Shown here in pieces: positions 22,974-24,000 of a stretch of DNA of 24,000 bases (positions within the stretch are counted from its first letter, which is position 1; each line of letters begins with the position of its first letter). The notes beneath the pieces were generated by a model that was not told the DNA's origin, ran no database searches, and was given only the letters and a program-made list of their open reading frames with translations. Location: contig NZ_CP156677.1 in NCBI RefSeq assembly GCF_048453025.1, forward strand, positions 952,613 to 976,612. The letters run 5' to 3'. The translations under genes and the position numbers were made by a program. The stretch is from Phosphitispora sp. TUW77. Its GTDB lineage: Bacteria > Bacillota > Thermincolia > Thermincolales > UBA2595.

Positions 22974-24000
22974 ATGATGCTTGACAGGAATTTGAAGGTA
23001 CTGCTAGTAGGAGCAGAGGTTGTGCCATTTGTTAAAACCGGTGGACTTGCCGATGTTATGGGATCCCTCCCTAAGGCCCTAACTGCAATGGGAAACGATG
23101 CCAGAATAATTCTCCCGAGATATCAGGGTATCGATAATTTTTCCACAGTTATTGATTTTCCGATAAATATAGGAGGGCGGAAAGAGACATGTATTGTCAG
23201 GCAGTCCCATGTTGAAGCCAAATTGCCTGAAGGAGGAATAAAGCGGGTTCCTGTATATTTCATTGACAATTATCACTATTTTGACCGTGAAGGCATATAC
23301 TGTCACTTCGATGATGCTGAAAGGTTTGGTTTTTTTGACATAGCTGTATTGGAAATGTTGAAACAAATCAGTTTCCAGCCTGATGTTATTCATTGTAATG
23401 ATTGGCAGTCGGGAATGATTCCTTTTCTGCTGCGGGAAAAATACAGCCGTCATGACCCCTTTTACAGCAGGATAGGCACTGTTTTTACGGTCCATAATTT
23501 GCTTTATCAAGGAAATTACTCTCCAGAGATAATGAATATACTTGGAATTGGGGATGAGTATTTTAACCCCAACTCCCTTGAGTTTTTCGGTCAGGCCAGT
23601 TTTATGAAGGGCGGACTTGTATATGGTGATGTTATTAATACTGTCAGCAAGAAATATGCGCAGGAAATCCAAACCCCTGAATATGGGCTGGGTTTTGAAG
23701 GCTTGCTGCGGAAAAGGTCCCAGGACCTTCATGGCATAGTGAACGGAATTGACTATCATGAGTTTAATCCGGAAACTGACCCGCGGATTTTCAAAACGTA
23801 TAATTCCCGTTCCGTTAAGGATAAATACGAAAACAAATACAGCCTGCAGAAGGAAATGGATCTGCCTGTTAAAGACGTGCCGGTAATCGGCTTGGTTTCA
23901 AGGCTGGTTGAACAGAAGGGTCTTAATCCTATTTCAGAAATTATAGATGAAATGCTAAAAGAGGATATTCAATTCGTTGTTTTGGGAGAAGGTGACAAAT
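22974..24000 (+). CDS. glgA: Glycogen/starch synthase, second paralog (3'-partial, runs off the window)
   Basis: Not in the supplied ORF track. ATG 22974 has GGAGGA 6 nt upstream. My translation reads MMLDRNLKVLLVGAEVVPFVKTGGLADVMGSLP...HCNDWQSG...VSRLVEQKGL, and the frame is open to nt 24000. By eye it is roughly 55-60% identical to the GlgA half of the fusion protein. Confidence 0.9.
   Translation, partial: MMLDRNLKVLLVGAEVVPFVKTGGLADVMGSLPKALTAMGNDARIILPRYQGIDNFSTVIDFPINIGGRKETCIVRQSHVEAKLPEGGIKRVPVYFIDNYHYFDREGIYCHFDDAERFGFFDIAVLEMLKQISFQPDVIHCNDWQSGMIPFLLREKYSRHDPFYSRIGTVFTVHNLLYQGNYSPEIMNILGIGDEYFNPNSLEFFGQASFMKGGLVYGDVINTVSKKYAQEIQTPEYGLGFEGLLRKRSQDLHGIVNGIDYHEFNPETDPRIFKTYNSRSVKDKYENKYSLQKEMDLPVKDVPVIGLVSRLVEQKGLNPISEIIDEMLKEDIQFVVLGEGDK

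Noticed and set aside
23079-23759. 226-aa minus-strand ORF, the only ORF the track offers for this region
   Set aside because: It lies entirely antisense to an unmistakable plus-strand glgA frame. It has no SD, and its sequence looks like typical shadow-ORF composition (Ile/Phe/Lys/Asn-rich, no motifs).

Overview
Gene-dense, mostly plus-strand chromosomal segment that reads like a Gram-positive anaerobe, probably Clostridia or Peptococcaceae-like. The signs are strong AAGGAGG-type Shine-Dalgarno (SD) sites, many TTG/GTG starts, an SLH cell-wall protein, many Fe-S proteins and a moderately AT-rich composition by eye. I support about 28 CDS, several intrinsic terminators and two promoter-like sites. 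I saw no rRNA, tRNA, CRISPR array, transposase or integrase. All function calls come from motifs recognised by eye; no searches were run.

Main observations:
1. The ORF ending at TGA 15362-15364 looks like a selenoprotein. The TGA sits where the second Cys of a heavy-metal-associated (HMA) CxxC loop belongs. It is followed by 72 open in-frame codons and a SECIS-like hairpin. The gene lies in a thioesterase / Fe-S aldo-keto reductase / membrane polyferredoxin / ferredoxin unit.
2. A single about 835-aa ORF fuses a GalT-like HIT nucleotidyltransferase to a glycogen synthase (GlgA). An intact internal SD+ATG sits at the junction.
3. A second glgA paralog (22974 to the window end, + strand) is absent from the supplied ORF track. 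The track shows only its antisense shadow ORF.
4. A sensor protein carries apparently intact GGDEF and HD-GYP domains and is paired with a PstS-like lipoprotein.
5. A translationally coupled operon encodes GT2, DUF2304, an ArnE-like protein and a zinc-ribbon membrane protein.

Several ORF-track starts appear over-extended and are re-called here from SD placement.
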